This document shows positions 1 through 13,154 of a stretch of DNA of 64,000 nt, one piece after another. The DNA lies in the NCBI RefSeq assembly GCF_037042905.1, contig NC_087261.1:24986001-25050000 (forward strand), in the 5' to 3' direction. A model generated the notes under the pieces. That model saw only the letters and a list, made by a program, of their open reading frames with translations. It had not been told where the DNA came from and searched no databases. This DNA comes from Lytechinus pictus (Eukaryota). Within the stretch, counting starts at the first letter, position 1. Each line of letters starts with the position of its first letter. The translations under genes and the position numbers were made by a program.

Positions 1-63
1 GGTCAAAACTATTGCCCTCCAAAAAATGGGATAATCAGGTAATAATTGGTGTAAATACATTAC

Positions 64-378
64 GTTCTCCAATACAGGTAGCACCAGCAAAATGTAAATC
101 ATCCCCGGCATCTCTGTTCACAAACTCAGACATGTTACAATGCGCAAGGTTAATCTCTGTGCCATTACAGTGAACCCACTCCAGAACCACAGAGTCATAC
201 ATCGACCAGGCCTCGACACGTGTGGCTTCCGAGGCCCCATCATGGCCCAGCATGCGACAGACCACGTTGGCTTCATTCATGCTCCACGAGTTGAAGGCTA
301 TTTTGCCCCACGCGGTGCCGTAGTATACCTGCACGAGCCCCTGTTGTCGCCTTGATGAGGTAAGAACTTTGACTGGCA
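64..378 (-). CDS. SRCR gene A exon 4: SRCR domain 3 (4-Cys variant); the gene continues beyond the window start
   Basis: Acceptor cacttgcag|, donor C|gtaatg, 315 nt, phase 1-1. Translates QGLVQVYYGTAWG..EANVVCRMLG..VHCNGTEINLAHC..AGATC. Confidence 0.9.
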
Positions 379-476
379 CTGCAAGTGATTGAAAAAAGAA
401 TATTCCTACGATGAGAAAGAATTCGATCTAATCGAGAATACTGTAGGAATTGTAATAAACAGAATAAGGGACTCAC

Positions 477-800
477 AAGAGAGACAGGTGAGCCACGCAA
501 CACGGTTCCTATTGTTAATGTGATCAATTCCGCCACTGGAAAACGGACAGTCGTTGAAGTGCATCTCTTCCCCCGTGCATTTGAACGAGCCGTTGACGAC
601 GTCATCTTGGTGATGCCCAGTTCGCTCGTGATCGCGAAAGCCTTTGGCCGTATGGTAGTCCAACATTCGACACAGTAGGACGGCGAGATTGAAATCCATG
701 GACTCTGCGTAGATGGCCAACCATTCCTGATCGCGAAGGATCTCAACCTTCCCCTCATGCATCGTTGGACCGTATGATCCGCCTTTCAATCGTACCTGGG
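477..800 (-). CDS. SRCR gene A exon 3: SRCR domain 2 (4-Cys variant)
   Basis: Acceptor ttttgtttag|, donor T|gtgagt, 324 nt, phase 1-1. Translates VRLKGG..EGKVEI..LLCRMLDY..FKCTGEEMHFNDC..AWLTC. Confidence 0.9.
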
Positions 801-1146
801 CTAAACAAAAGTAGAAAATCAATCAAAGATTTATTTTCAGCCATTTACGAAAAAAAAATGTCTATGGAAAAACTTGCCCGGTTTAGACTCAAAGTCTAAG
901 ACGTTCAGAATATTTATGGCATGATGTATACAGAGCGAGTTATTGAATTTCCGTAGATTTCTATTTCCTGGATACGTTTTTAAAATAGTTGTATAAGGTC
1001 GGGTATCAAGCTGTTATTCACTGCAATATTTTGTAGTGTCTGGCGTGGCTGGGGCAAGTTGTTTTTAAATTGTGATTGTGCTTAGAAATGATTAAACATT
1101 TCTAGCAGATGAAGTCGTACTTGTATCTGTAAAATGTTTAGCCTAC

Positions 1147-1506
1147 CTGGGTTGCATGTAAGCCCCACATCCTCCTCGTGGGCACAGAAATAAGTTGATA
1201 TCATAGATTCGTCATAATAGTGCTCTTTGACCAAATAGTGGCACTCTTCAATGCTACTTTCGTGGCCCTCGCAACGGACAGCATCAAGCACATACTCGCC
1301 CCATCCAGTCCCTAGTTCTCCACAACAGTGGTAGCTGATGGCCGACCCATGCCCGAGCATCCGGCAAAGAACGTTAGCTGTCTTGAAATTCATGGAGTCA
1401 TCGCAGATAGACATCCATTCATCGTTGATGAAAATTTGCACAACGCCTTCGTACGGGGTCGTTCCATCGGATAGTTGAATATCAAATTGCTCCGGACCCG
1501 TTTTAC
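1147..1506 (-). CDS. SRCR gene A exon 2: SRCR domain 1
   Basis: Acceptor ttggttag|, donor G|gtaggc, 360 nt, phase 1-1. Translates IQLSDGTTPYEGVVQIF..WMSICDD..ANVLCRMLG..VRCEGHESSIEEC..CAHEEDVGLTC, the SRCR consensus. Confidence 0.93.
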
Positions 1507-1759
1507 CTAACCAACAGATAAATGAGGAGCCTTATATAACAATCCCCTGGTTGGGCAAATTAAAGAAATTAACTAAAATTAGACATTTAAAGAATCATAG
1601 GAATTACGACACTTATCAAGTGCAAAATAACAGGTTTAGTTCTATATGCGTATGATAAATATGGATGAACAGAATATAGATATAAATTTCACATCAATTT
1701 GGCCCTAAGAAAGTTAGTACAAAAAGACAGTAAAGAGATCTACAGTAGTGATTGGAAGT

Positions 1760-1956
1760 GATTTTTTACCTGATTGCTAAAAAAGCATGGATGCTTGTAA
1801 GCAAGCAAACATAGGACCGACGGCTTAAGTTCCTCTCCGAGGGACCTGATGATGATAATTTAAATGCCTTGAATACCAAAGGGCACTAGCGCACCAAGTG
1901 GGAATCGAACCTGGGTCATCGGAATACAAAGCCCCGATTGAGCTATCGCGCCTCCC
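1760..1956 (-). mobile_element. tRNA-derived SINE in gene A intron 1
   Basis: Minus strand shows A box (TAGCTCAATCGG) and B box (GGTTCGATTCC) followed by a non-tRNA body; no complete cloverleaf. Confidence 0.75.
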
Positions 1957-2360
1957 TTTTTTTTTAACACTTTATTGGTTAGTCTTTTGGATTCCATTTT
2001 ATATTAGGCCGACTTAGGGGCAGGTTATCGTAATTTGTAGCAGTTTTTTAACCTTTAAATAACTTGTATAACAGTTCTAACGATATTTGTTAGAGTTATG
2101 GGCTGTACAACGTGCTTTGAATTTTCAACTCCAATTTGACAGTGTTTAAGGTTCGCTTCTGGCATGAGACCGAAGGCCAAGTCCAATATAACAACTCGTA
2201 TTTCAATCAGACTGACAAACGTATACTGATGAGCGAGCAAAAGATACACAAAGGAGACGTAAAGAAATGAATAAGGGAATACTGAAGAGTGAGTACAAAC
2301 GACGAAGATTTTGGTACGTTTATATGAATGCAAAATTCAATCTTATTTTGTTATAGTTAC

Positions 2361-2427
2361 CTTGGGCAAGCAAACATCTCATCCTATTGAGGAGGAGAAG
2401 GAAGATGGCTGCTCCACATATATTCAT
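2361..2427 (-). CDS. SRCR gene A exon 1: signal peptide MNICGAAIFLLLLNRMRCLLAQ-G
   Basis: ATG at 2427, hydrophobic core, phase-1 donor CAAG|gtaact; splices in frame to the phase-1 SRCR exon starting at 1506. Too short for the ORF track. Confidence 0.8.
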
Positions 2428-2741
2428 CCAAATTAGTCCTCAGGCTTATAAAGAAGGAAATTTGGTCTCAACAAGTCCATAGGCAGGTAGGACATCCGAG
2501 TGTGATATCGAGACTTTAAACGATGGAAATTTCGATAGGTACGTCAACGATCAAGAACCTTAAGGGTTAGGAATTTTCGGTCTCCACTTAACCTATCTTT
2601 GTCTTGTTTTCATCGAATGAGAATTTCTACACAGAACAAAGTGTAGATACGCAGAACCGATTATGTGACTTTTCAAAATAAATAGTTCCATATTGCCACT
2701 GCAGATGCAGGAAGGAAATGGTAGGTGTTAAGGCACTTCCT

Positions 2742-2898
2742 TGGTCCCGTAAAACAAAAGATGGCGATTAATCGCTAAATGAAATGGCCTATCATGACCG
2801 TCCTTGCACGCGAATTTCGCTCAGTAGACTTACTAGGAACCAATCAGAATTGTTCTTCCATATTAGCCATTAATCGCTAGCATTTGTGTTACGGGGCC
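2742..2898. mobile_element. MITE (Harbinger-like GGCCCCGT TIR family)
   Basis: ggtcccgtaaaacaaa ... tttgtgttacggggcc inverted ends, similar to the copies at 29340 and 48312. Confidence 0.6.
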
Positions 2899-3235
2899 CT
2901 GGCCTATCAGGAACCATTGTCGACCTTGTTCTCGACAGAACAGATGTTTATGTTTCGTTTGCCATTTACGGCAGGTGATTTTTATTGGTTTCCTTTACGA
3001 GTGTATTGCATTTCATGCATGCATGAAACTTACTTTTTCTTATTTCCTGTTTATAGAAAAACGGCACTTGCAAGTAAGATTAGAGGTTAAAACTTATTGT
3101 TTAGACAAAATGAAATATAAAATGGATTAATTGTAGACCTGTATACCGCGACGTCGTTTAACGGAACGTCGTATACATAATGCTAGAGCAACGATTTGCT
3201 ACAAAAGTCAAAGTACTTCGAGATGTATTCTCTTT

Positions 3236-4070
3236 GGTAAATTGCGAATCGTCTATTGCAAACTCTTCTACTCATCACATGGTCTATCTTCATTTAGTCT
3301 AATACCATTCCGTCCATCAACAGTTCGTCTACCAACCATTTGGTCCAAACCATTAGGTCCAATCATCACTTCGTCTTATCACCAGGTTTCACGGGCCTAA
3401 TGACAACTGGCAGGCAAAAGATATTCATTCGAGCCAATCCATTCTCAATTTTTAAATTTGATATTGCTGATTGACAAAAATGAATGAATATGGTTGACAA
3501 TCTAACACTGGTTCTAGAGAGGGTACCTACTGAAATTCATTTTTCCAAATTGGAAAGATATATCACTACTTTGGAACTACTTTTTTACTGGCGGAAGAAT
3601 TAGGGCCATTTCTGTCAGGTGTAGTCTTCATAAATGCCGATTTATTTTTAAAATGAGCCCGGTCGAGGTACCCTTTTCTGGTCAGATATGGAATGTCAGA
3701 CATATATCCTGTCCATTGGTAGTAAACATTGAACCCTCGAATTTCCTCCTTTTTTTGATGATTTTTTTTATGTGCCACTTTAACACACGAGTCTATGGGA
3801 AATGAATTAGGCCTGTGATAGCACCATTTCGTTTATGACTAGTTCGTCTCACAACCAGTCGGTCTGATATCCATTTTACTTTTATTCATTTCGCCAAATT
3901 AACACTTCTTTCAATAAGACCAACTTGTATATGGACTAAATGGCTATTGGACCAACTGGTTATCAGAAGAAATGGTGAGTGGGTGAAATGAAAATGTGAA
4001 TAGTGGACGAACTAATGGTAGACGAGTTGGTGATTAGACGAATTGGCATTAGACGAATTGAAAATAAACC
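3236..4070. mobile_element. Foldback-type element with ~15-16-bp subrepeats and a nested TIR element (~3390-3817)
   Basis: Left arm has (t)cgtcta/ggtcca repeats, right arm has the inverted tagacgaa repeats; inner cacgggcctaat / attaggcctgtg inverted pair. Confidence 0.6.
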
Positions 4071-4414
4071 TCTTCTTTCTCCTATATAAGATGCAACTTG
4101 GCCCTATTCTCATGATTCTACCACTTGTTAATTTAATCTTACTTATCATGCTTATGTTCGATACGGAAATGCAGGCTTACTTTCCAACAAGTTGAAAAAA
4201 CAGCTTTTTGCTTACGCCTCTCTTCACGATGAGACACACATCATATTTTCATATTTTTGGTATCATGCATTGGGTGCACACGGATGGTGCGTCGACATTT
4301 TTCTCAAATTTTTAAAGTAATTGATTATGGGTGGCTTTCATCTCCCCAGAGACATGTATTAATCATTGATACACTCTTGTCATTAGATCCTACTGTTTGA
4401 CAAATGAAGAGTTT

Positions 4415-5160
4415 TGTTCCCAAAGGAGCTAATTCCACTTTTGGAATTTTTATGTAAATCAAGGTTTTTTAATTCACCACTTTCCCTAGCCACTGTTGTT
4501 TAATTTCGATATATATAATAGTACTGTCATTTTAGATTAATTAAATCATTATTTAAAAAATCTAGCATTCATTATCAATTTTTTTAGAATTTTTGAAACT
4601 TTATTTTTCATGGATTTAGCTCCTTTTGGAACCAAACCTTAGTAAGATATCAATTTTTACCCATTTAAACATGTTTGATATTCGAAATTGAACACGAAAC
4701 ACATAAATATGGCTAGCAGAATACATTTCACATCATTTCTGATGTTTATCTATTGAAAACTACAAAAAGAAATGATATTTTGTCATCTTTTCTAATAACG
4801 GCGACTTTTCGTTATCAAATTCCAAAAGGAGCTAAATCCAAAAATATTAATAAAAAATGTAAAATTCTGTTATTTTCAGCAAAATTTGCACTGATGGTGT
4901 AATCTTGTATCCACAACATGTACCTAAAATATTAATGCAGAACTTTATGTAAAATAGGAAAAATAACAAATTTTAAATAACCGTATAGTGGATTTAGCTC
5001 CTTTTGGAACAAAACTCAAATTTGAAATCAAGTTTTACCAACCTTTCCCCCAAATAAATCAAAAGCGATATGTTGCATTTGATTCCCACGTCAAAGATAC
5101 ATGTATTTGTGTTAAAAAATCAATTTTTGTCAAAAGTGGATTTAGCTCCTTTTGGAATCA
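4415..5160. repeat. Dispersed TGGATTTAGCTCCTTTTGGAA motif in both orientations (probable DNA transposon remnant)
   Basis: Copies at ~4420 (rc), 4611, 4822 (rc), 4989 and 5137; related motifs at ~11720-11915. Confidence 0.5.
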
Positions 5161-5789
5161 AGCTCTTCAAACATTCATTGGATATATATAAAGAAATGAG
5201 AATCATTAAGAGTATAAGTAAATGTGGATCTCAAATTTACAAAATTGTAATAATATTTTATGCTTGGCTGGTCTATGCAGATTTTTTAAAATGTATATTG
5301 TGTTTTGCTTTTGAAGCAATAAAATCTATAACAATAACAAATAATTCAAGACACAGTTGGCTGCCTAGACCAGCCTAGATATGGGGTGTGGTATGTAAGA
5401 GGAGGGGTGTGTGAGTGTGTGCATTTGTACAAAACAGTGTTACTTCTCAATATAGAGGAACCTAGAAATTAATATAAGGCCTTATTCGCACTATAGCATG
5501 TGTATATGCATCTTCTTCTTGTGGTAAAAACTTAATTCCTGCCTCCTGACAACTTAGTCCAGGAAATTTAAGTTTTTTAAACAAATTGCAATATAATTTT
5601 TTTTTTACCACAGTGCATTTCTCCATATTGACATACTGAAAGTACAGATATATGCAAATGGTTGAAATATGTTGAATTTGCACAAATCCAAAATGGCTGT
5701 GCATGGTCGCATTTCTTTTCATGATTATTAGTGGTAGTAAATCATGAGACTTTTAGCCATAACCTTTTCGGGCGACATTCCTAATTCCG

Positions 5790-5942
5790 ATCGAAGTTTC
5801 GTTTATCCGAAGGTTCGTTAGTCCGAAAACGAAATAAGGCTCGTTAATCCGAAAGTTTGTTAGTCCGAGAGCGAAATAGGGTTCATTAATCCGAAGGTTC
5901 GTTGATCCGAAAATGAAACAAGGCTCGTTTTTCCGAAAATGA
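5790..5942. repeat. Minisatellite of CCGAAGGTTCGTTAGT / CCGAAAACGAAATAAGG-type units
   Basis: Tandem alternating units visible directly; they explain the repetitive ORF 5753-6097. Confidence 0.75.
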
Positions 5943-7266
5943 AAGTAATCTATTTTTGTAACAAAAACGGTGTTGAAATAAAAACATAACAGGATATCAT
6001 TTAGTAATAGTTTCAACGGAGGATTATACGTATGTTTATTGTGGTCAAGAATTGGCGCTTGGATCAAACATCTTAATTTTTTATTTTCCCTGAGCAATTG
6101 CTGTCAGATCGAGCGAATGGATTAAGAATATTGGGGACTGTATGTTGGTCACATGTGACCTTGAAGATAAGGGGATTTTAGGAGAAGGGTGTCATTTTTA
6201 ATAGCTTCTACTGGTTATGATAAAAAAAGATTGCCGTAGGGAAAAAATGCTTTTTTTCAAAAGGGAAAATACTTTTTTTCAAAATGAAATGGGCCCTTTT
6301 GGATATGAAATACTCAACATAATAAGTACAGCATAATACATTTCAGGTGAGAAAAATCCTCTTTTTTTGCCTCAATTATTACGTAGTAAGGAACTCACCT
6401 TTTTGCTGGTTATAAAAATGCTTAGAATGTCCAGTTTTCTGGTTGGAATATCATAAATTTTTAGTTTGCCCACTCGCTTCGCTCGCTCTCATATTGATAT
6501 GCATGTTCATTCCAACTGTAATTCAGCAATTTAAGTCACAATTCAAACTATCAACAAAAAGAAAATCCTGGTATAGGCTTTTACCGTCACCAGCGAATAT
6601 GATAGATGATGACGATATATACATATTCGTGTACCCCGTAGAACTTGATGCGGGGTTTGCGCTAAAATTTTAAATTTTCAGCTCAATATATTGCTATCAT
6701 CCCGCGACTGCTCGGACCAGATTTCACCACTGATGTTATGTTGCAACAATGTACATGTATTCACAAGGAAATAGTAACATGACGTTATTTTTTGGCCATC
6801 TTGAAGCCATCTTGAATAAATGACTTATCGCCATTTTTTTCTTTTTTGAGGGGAGGGGGCATCTTGCCTGTGTCTTGTTGACATCTATGAGTTCTGGGAT
6901 GGAAAGTTGGAAAAGGAATAGTGGGTCTCCTGGTGGTAGCTCCCCTTAAAATGCCCGTTGTTATGGTAATTTTGTTACCTATCAACAGGTACTTAGGAAA
7001 GTGTTCAAATTTTTTGTCAACACCCCTAAAAATAATCAGTATGAGGTGAAGAATGATTATAGCAAGTTTTATTCTCATAGCATTTTCTGAGCATTAGTGG
7101 GTATATTTTTTTTCACCTTCGCCTAAACTATCATAGACAATACGTAGTGGAAGGCCACTTTTGCCCTCGTTAAGATGGCGGACGCAAGTCAATTCCTCAC
7201 AGCATTTTGACGAAGTACACCCTCTAGTGTCAGTATGATACATCTCTGTGGTGTTGGTGCGTTTTG

Positions 7267-7728
7267 GGGCTCACATGAGTATTACAGACCCCCATTCACT
7301 CACGTTCTAAAATCATAGCTAATCAAAAAATCATCAAAACTCAATCCCACGATAGATTCTGCTTTAATTCACTGACATTAGTCTCAATCAACAGTACATT
7401 TAAACTAGGCATGTTAATCGGGTACTTGTCCAGCTCAATCAAAAGTTAAATGGCCTGAAATAAGACTAACCTTAATTTCGGTCATTTCATTGCCAGAAAA
7501 ACCGAAACTGCATTGTGGATAATAGAAATTAAATGACATACAAAAATGCAGTCTAGCCTCCCCAAAGGCTATAATTATGAGAGTATCAACATGAATTCTT
7601 TCATTTATATTTTGATATAAAAACACTTTGTCTGTTTTTAATGAATTATTATAATCAATAAAATCATGTGATCTTTACTTACGCCTGTCGGCATGCTTTG
7701 CGCGCGGATGAATTACTCTCATGTGCCC
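7267..7728. mobile_element. ~465-bp MITE with GGGCACATGAG TIRs
   Basis: Inverted homolog of 33332-33801 and 34806-35275; a further copy at 17534-17993 lies in duplication copy 2. Confidence 0.8.
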
Positions 7729-9099
7729 TTTGTTGATGTGCTTGTGTGAATATCATACGCCTATTTGAAGGGTAGGGTGTGTGTGAGGGTGTATGTATGT
7801 GTGCGCGCTGTTGATGTATGAATGAGTCCGTGTATGTTTGATGAGCGAGTGTTGTTAATCTTGAGAGAGAGTTCGAACGTCGGCGGGGGATCTATGATTA
7901 GCATACATGTCAGGATTTTAGGGGCGGGGACTGAGAAACTGAAACTGAAACTTTATTCTGTCGACCCCTTTCGGTGTATGAGAATATACACAGTTATACA
8001 TACATCATACATGTACATTCATACATAGTATGCATACGTACATAAATACATACATAACAAAACGTTAATAAATATAAAAAGCTATAACAAGATGGCAAAA
8101 AAGGCGAAGAAAGCCTTGAACACATGAATAACAAAAATAGATAGAAAAGGGATATAATAACATATTAATATACAATAATACAGGTATATACATTTGGTAC
8201 TTATCTGCGGAACTGTGTCATAATAATATTAACAAGAGAGAGATAGAGAGTGCATGAAAGAGAGAGGACGAGGGAGAAGGGGGGGGGGGGGGCGAGAGAA
8301 AGGAATTCATGGAAGCCTTCTGCCTTCAGGATCATGTTCACTGTCATGTTGCAAACGTACATGACGTTGATTTTGTTTATACATGTAAGTCTGAATGCTG
8401 ATCAGATCGCACTGCACTGACTCCATGCATTTTATGTAATGGAATGTAATACATGTAGAAAATCGTTTTCTTCGTTCTATTTTTTCTCTGTCTCTCTCTT
8501 ACATGCATATCATGTGGAATTTTTCATCATTATATTCATCACTTTTTTGCCATGAAGGAGCATGCATTTCATTGGTATTATAGTGATTAATAACGAGGTA
8601 GGCCTACAATTTCTTATTAGTTCTCAAGAAAACGTTCGACTTCGAAAATGAGATCATGATAATGGGGGTTCTAATTTTGTAAGTGCGAAAAACAGAATGT
8701 GCATTTGACAGTATGCAAAATTAGTGGTGTAAACCCGGTCCGAGCTGTGGGGGAGATATTTGGTGGTGATAGGTAATTCCTATATCACGATGCTTCTTCG
8801 ATGGCCGTTTTGATTGTTTCATAAACTGTTGAATTACAGTGCGGCTGACCATACACATTGGAATGCAAGCGAGTGAAGTGAGAAAGTAATTGGAAGTCTG
8901 AATGGTGTCCAAAATTATATTGTTTAACTTGTAGGAACATGTCGTTCATTATGCAATTCAAAATGCATTCCATAATGAAAGTCGTTTCAGTTAAATTTCT
9001 GCAGCATACATGTAACATGCAACCTCGGCAGAAATACTTCGGTGCTTCAGAAACCTTCCGCATCCCTGTTTCTCCGGGCCATGGTAACAAATTTGTATA

Positions 9100-10547
9100 C
9101 AGTGCGTCCCAGAATAAACGAAACCGAGATTAAGCGATGATTTATCATAACTGTCTTAATCACAAATACAATAGACAAATGACCTACCAATGTAAAGCTT
9201 AGAATCTCTTATTTCATCTGATATTACTAAGATTATTCTCCATTCACGCATGAGTGAGCAAAAATAATTTGAAAAAAATGATACCAAAAACTCATTTGGC
9301 TGGGGGTATCTGAATTTCAAAAACAAAATCACATGCCTAAAAAGTTTAATATCTGCTCTTTTATTTGATACCTTAATCACACAAAAAATGGTCAAGAAGT
9401 AAAAAAGTTATGTTTCCTCTAAATCTAATCTTTTTTCATTACCAGTTTCTATTAGTTGGAACCATGTATTTTTTTTTAAGTTGCATTTAATTGTGGATAA
9501 TATAATTAGACAATTAAGTTTTAAATTTTTGAACAAGATTTTACCCTCAAGAGAAAATTTATTTAAGTGGCATGTAGTAGAAAACAACTCATGTAACATT
9601 TGTGGAGAAGTTGATACCACTTTTCATTTCATACTGTATTGTAAATATGTTCGATTTTTTTGGAAAATTATAGAAAGGTTGGTATTTTATATTTTCAAGA
9701 TTACTATTTCTATAGATGAAAAAAACATTAATCATAGGTTATGATCTGCAAAGTTCCAGCAATGCTATGTGTAATTTATTTTGTGTTATTGCTCAATTTG
9801 TTATTTATCGAAATTACATGAAAAGCATATTCAAAGGAAAAAGATATGATGCGAATTCTTTATGGATTGAATTCAAGCTTACTATGATTATTTATTTAGA
9901 AAGTTTATGTAAACAAAAAAGCAAGTTCGGAATTTTGAAAAAATGTGATATTCAAAAAATTATTGCATTATTGAAGTGAATTGATTTTTTTTCTCAATTG
10001 TTTGTATATATATGTACATGTTATTGTGAATATATACCTCGATTAAGATGATAAAAGAAAAAAAAATGTTTCCTCTAAACAATGCTTGTATTTCCATAAT
10101 TTCATTAAATAAACGTGTTTTCAAAGACTTAATGCATGGCTGATCGTCAACAAAACGGAGTGTATTATGAGTTTGAACGCTAGCCTGTAGAACCTCTTAA
10201 TTTTATGAAATTGTTCAAATTCAAGCCTTATTTCAAATAACTATAACTTTGTTATTTTTTTACCATTTTCTGTAATTGAGGTATCAAAGTAAAGAGCAGA
10301 TATTGAACTTTTAAAAATGTGCTTTTATTTTTGAAACCCAGATACAGCCCGCCAAATGACTTTTTGGTATTCCCTCTTCAAATTGTTTTTGCTCACTCAT
10401 GCGTGAATGAGAAATAGTCTAAGGAATTTCAGATGAAAGAGGAGATTCTAAGCTTTACAACGGTAGGTCATTTGTCTATTGTATTTGTGATTTAATTATG
10501 ATAGATCATCGATAAATCTCGGTTTCGTTTTTTTGTGGGACGCACTG
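9100..10547. mobile_element. Tc1/mariner-like palindromic MITE (CAGTGCGTCCCA TIR, TA TSD)
   Basis: ta|cagtgcgtccca ... tgggacgcactg|ta. Absent at the paralogous site (~19243). Uninterrupted relative at 46691-47508. Confidence 0.92.
9424..10065 (+). mobile_element. 5'-truncated LINE (L1/Tx1-like) 3' fragment nested in the MITE
   Basis: Frameshifted ORFs 9481-9979 encode an RT-associated zinc knuckle (CNICGEVDTTFHFILYC..FW); A-rich tail; 14-bp TSD atgtttcctctaaa at 9410-9423 and 10066-10079. Confidence 0.88.
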
Positions 10548-13154
10548 TATATACAGTACATCTTCCTCATATCGTATGAATTGCCCTTTAATGGTTGTAC
10601 TTATTTAGCATACACTTTATATACATGCCTTGAAAGTGATGAGATCATGATCGTGCCCTTCTGACTCCAGGAAAAAAAAAGAAAAGGCATGACGGCCACT
10701 TTACTAACTTCCGCAAACATATTGACATGGCAATGATTTGTCTAGATCTACAACTTATTTCCTTATACTTCCACATATTAGAAACATTCACTTCGCTTTG
10801 CTTTTGAGCATGCGCAGTGTTTCGAAAGATGACATTCCTTCTCAGATAATATAACTATTGTATGTTTCAAACGCATTATCATCACTATCACTCACTACGT
10901 TTCAGTACCCAGATCGCTTAGGCTCTCTAAACATCTTAATTTTTATTTTCCCTGAGCAATTGCTGTCAGATCGAGCGAATGGATTAAGAATATTGGGGAC
11001 TGTATGTTGGTCACGTGTGACCTGAAGATAAGGGGATTTTTAGGAGAAGGATGTCATTTTTAACAGCTTCTACTGGTTATGTTAAAAAAAGATTCCCGTA
11101 GGTAAAAAAATCCTTTTTTCAAAAGGGAAAATGCCTTTTTTTTTTCTAAATGAAATGTGCCCTTTTGGATATTAAATACTCTTTTTTAAGTACAACATAA
11201 TACATTTCAGGTGAGAAAATTTTTCTTTTTTTGCCTCAATTATTACGTAGTAAGGAACTCACCCTTTTGCTGGTTATAAAAATGCTTAGAATGTCAAGTT
11301 TTCTGGTTGGAATATCATAAATTTTAAGCTAGTGCTTCGTGCTCGCATTAATTCTTTGGTTAAAATACATCTTTTTTCATGATAACGAGATCTGTTCGGA
11401 ATGTTTAATTTTCATTTCTTAATGAAATGTCCAAAAGTTTGAGCTTGCGATTAGCGCTCGCAACATCTCGCGCGGTATGCCCTTTGAACAGTATGGCCTA
11501 ATTAACCCCAAAAGCTAAATTTAGAATTTCAGATTTGATTTTTTCCAAACCGCGTAAAAAAGCTTAATTATATAATAATAATAATAATAATCATAATTCA
11601 CTTCAAAAACGCTTTGCTTACCTTACTACATAGTAAAACAACGACATAACACAGATCATAATCTTATGGTGAAAATATCATCAAAAGGCCCATTTTGACA
11701 TTATGAAGAGCTCAATTGCAAAAGGGGTTAGATCCAATATTCATCAAATTCAATTATTTATGGTCTCAATGTATAGATTTTTAGTCGCTCTGATGATACC
11801 AACGATTAGTTGAAACTCCAATCCTAATGTGAATAAAAATGGCAAAGAAAATAACTTTTTATTCAAAAGTGGTTGGATCCATTTCAGTTTGTTTGCAAAA
11901 GGCGCTAGATACACCATGGTAATTTTGTTCAAAAAGGAATATTTTATTTTAATGGAAATATTTCTTTTATACCCAATTTTATGTTCACATGATATAGGTG
12001 GTTTATCATGAAAATTTACTTCCGCACAAGAATATTGCAATATGGGTCTCGGTGGGACCTCCATAGTGTCACGCGGGAGTGAATTTGAAAAATAAAATAT
12101 TTACCTACTGCTGCTTGACACAAAAAGGGAATACGTAAAGCAGATAAATGCAGTTATTAAAAAGATTTAATCAAATCTCTTCACATCTTTCTGTTGTCTT
12201 ATTTTAATTTGTTTTACAACAATTTTACATGCCCAACTCGGCCCTGGTAGTCGGTCCAGTTCCTAGACTTCGCAGCTTGCGATGTCTCTTCCACTCGGCC
12301 TCGGCCTCCGCAGACAGTGTTATCCCTTGATGAGTAGCCCCCAAATCAGATAGATGTGGCCTTTACGAATTAGTGGGCGAGATCGAGCCCCCAAGGACAT
12401 GAATTTTGACTAATCATGTCGGGCGAGAACCCCCTAAGCTAGAATAGACCACATTATGTAGTGTAGGCAGTCGAAGTTAAAGCTGTGGGACAGGGACCTG
12501 GGAAGCGGGGGTGCTGGGGGTGCTGAATCCTGGGGGTGCTGCGTGTATTATTTTCCATAGGCAGCACCCCCACGAAATCAGGTTCCCCCTGTATTTTTTA
12601 AAATATGTTATAATGTACATAATTATCACATCCGACAACCGCAAATCATTTACATAGTCTTTCACATATTCCAATAACATCCCTCCTATAACGCGACTCA
12701 ATCAAGCTCCAGCGGGGCAGCGCTCAGATACAGACGTGGTCGCGCACAATACGTGATAACCATACACACTCTTCGGTAGCAGGGATGGACATGGGGTGGT
12801 TGGACTTGAAACTTCCAGGTTTTTTGTCGAATCAAGTGAGCGCGCGTCCGACCGCCCGTGTATTGTATACAAAAATTACAAGTCAGACAATAGAAATCAT
12901 ATTTCACAGTCTTTTTCGCCCTGCCCCATGGCCCTACGGGCTGGGAAGTGGGGGTGCTGGGGGTGAAGCACCCCCAAAATTTGGAGGTGCTGCGTGTGTT
13001 ATTTTCCATTGGCAGCGCACCTCCTGGAAATCTAGTGGTAGGTATGATAAATGACAGAATTGTAATGAAAATGAACGACGTTTTGTAGAACCCCCCCCCC
13101 CCCACTTCAGAATTTTCCGACACATTACTTGAAATAGTGTTTAAATTCACCCTC

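Larger units (their letters stand above)
6066..10926 (+). repeat. Segmental tandem duplication, copy 1 (of the gene B upstream region)
   Basis: 6066-6463 matches 10929-11326. 6464-9099 plus 10548-10926 match ~16725-19613, with scattered substitutions and indels. Confidence 0.92.

Noticed and set aside
12324-12380. Hammerhead-like TTGATGA..GAAT
   Set aside because: Both core boxes are imperfect and there is no supporting element context.
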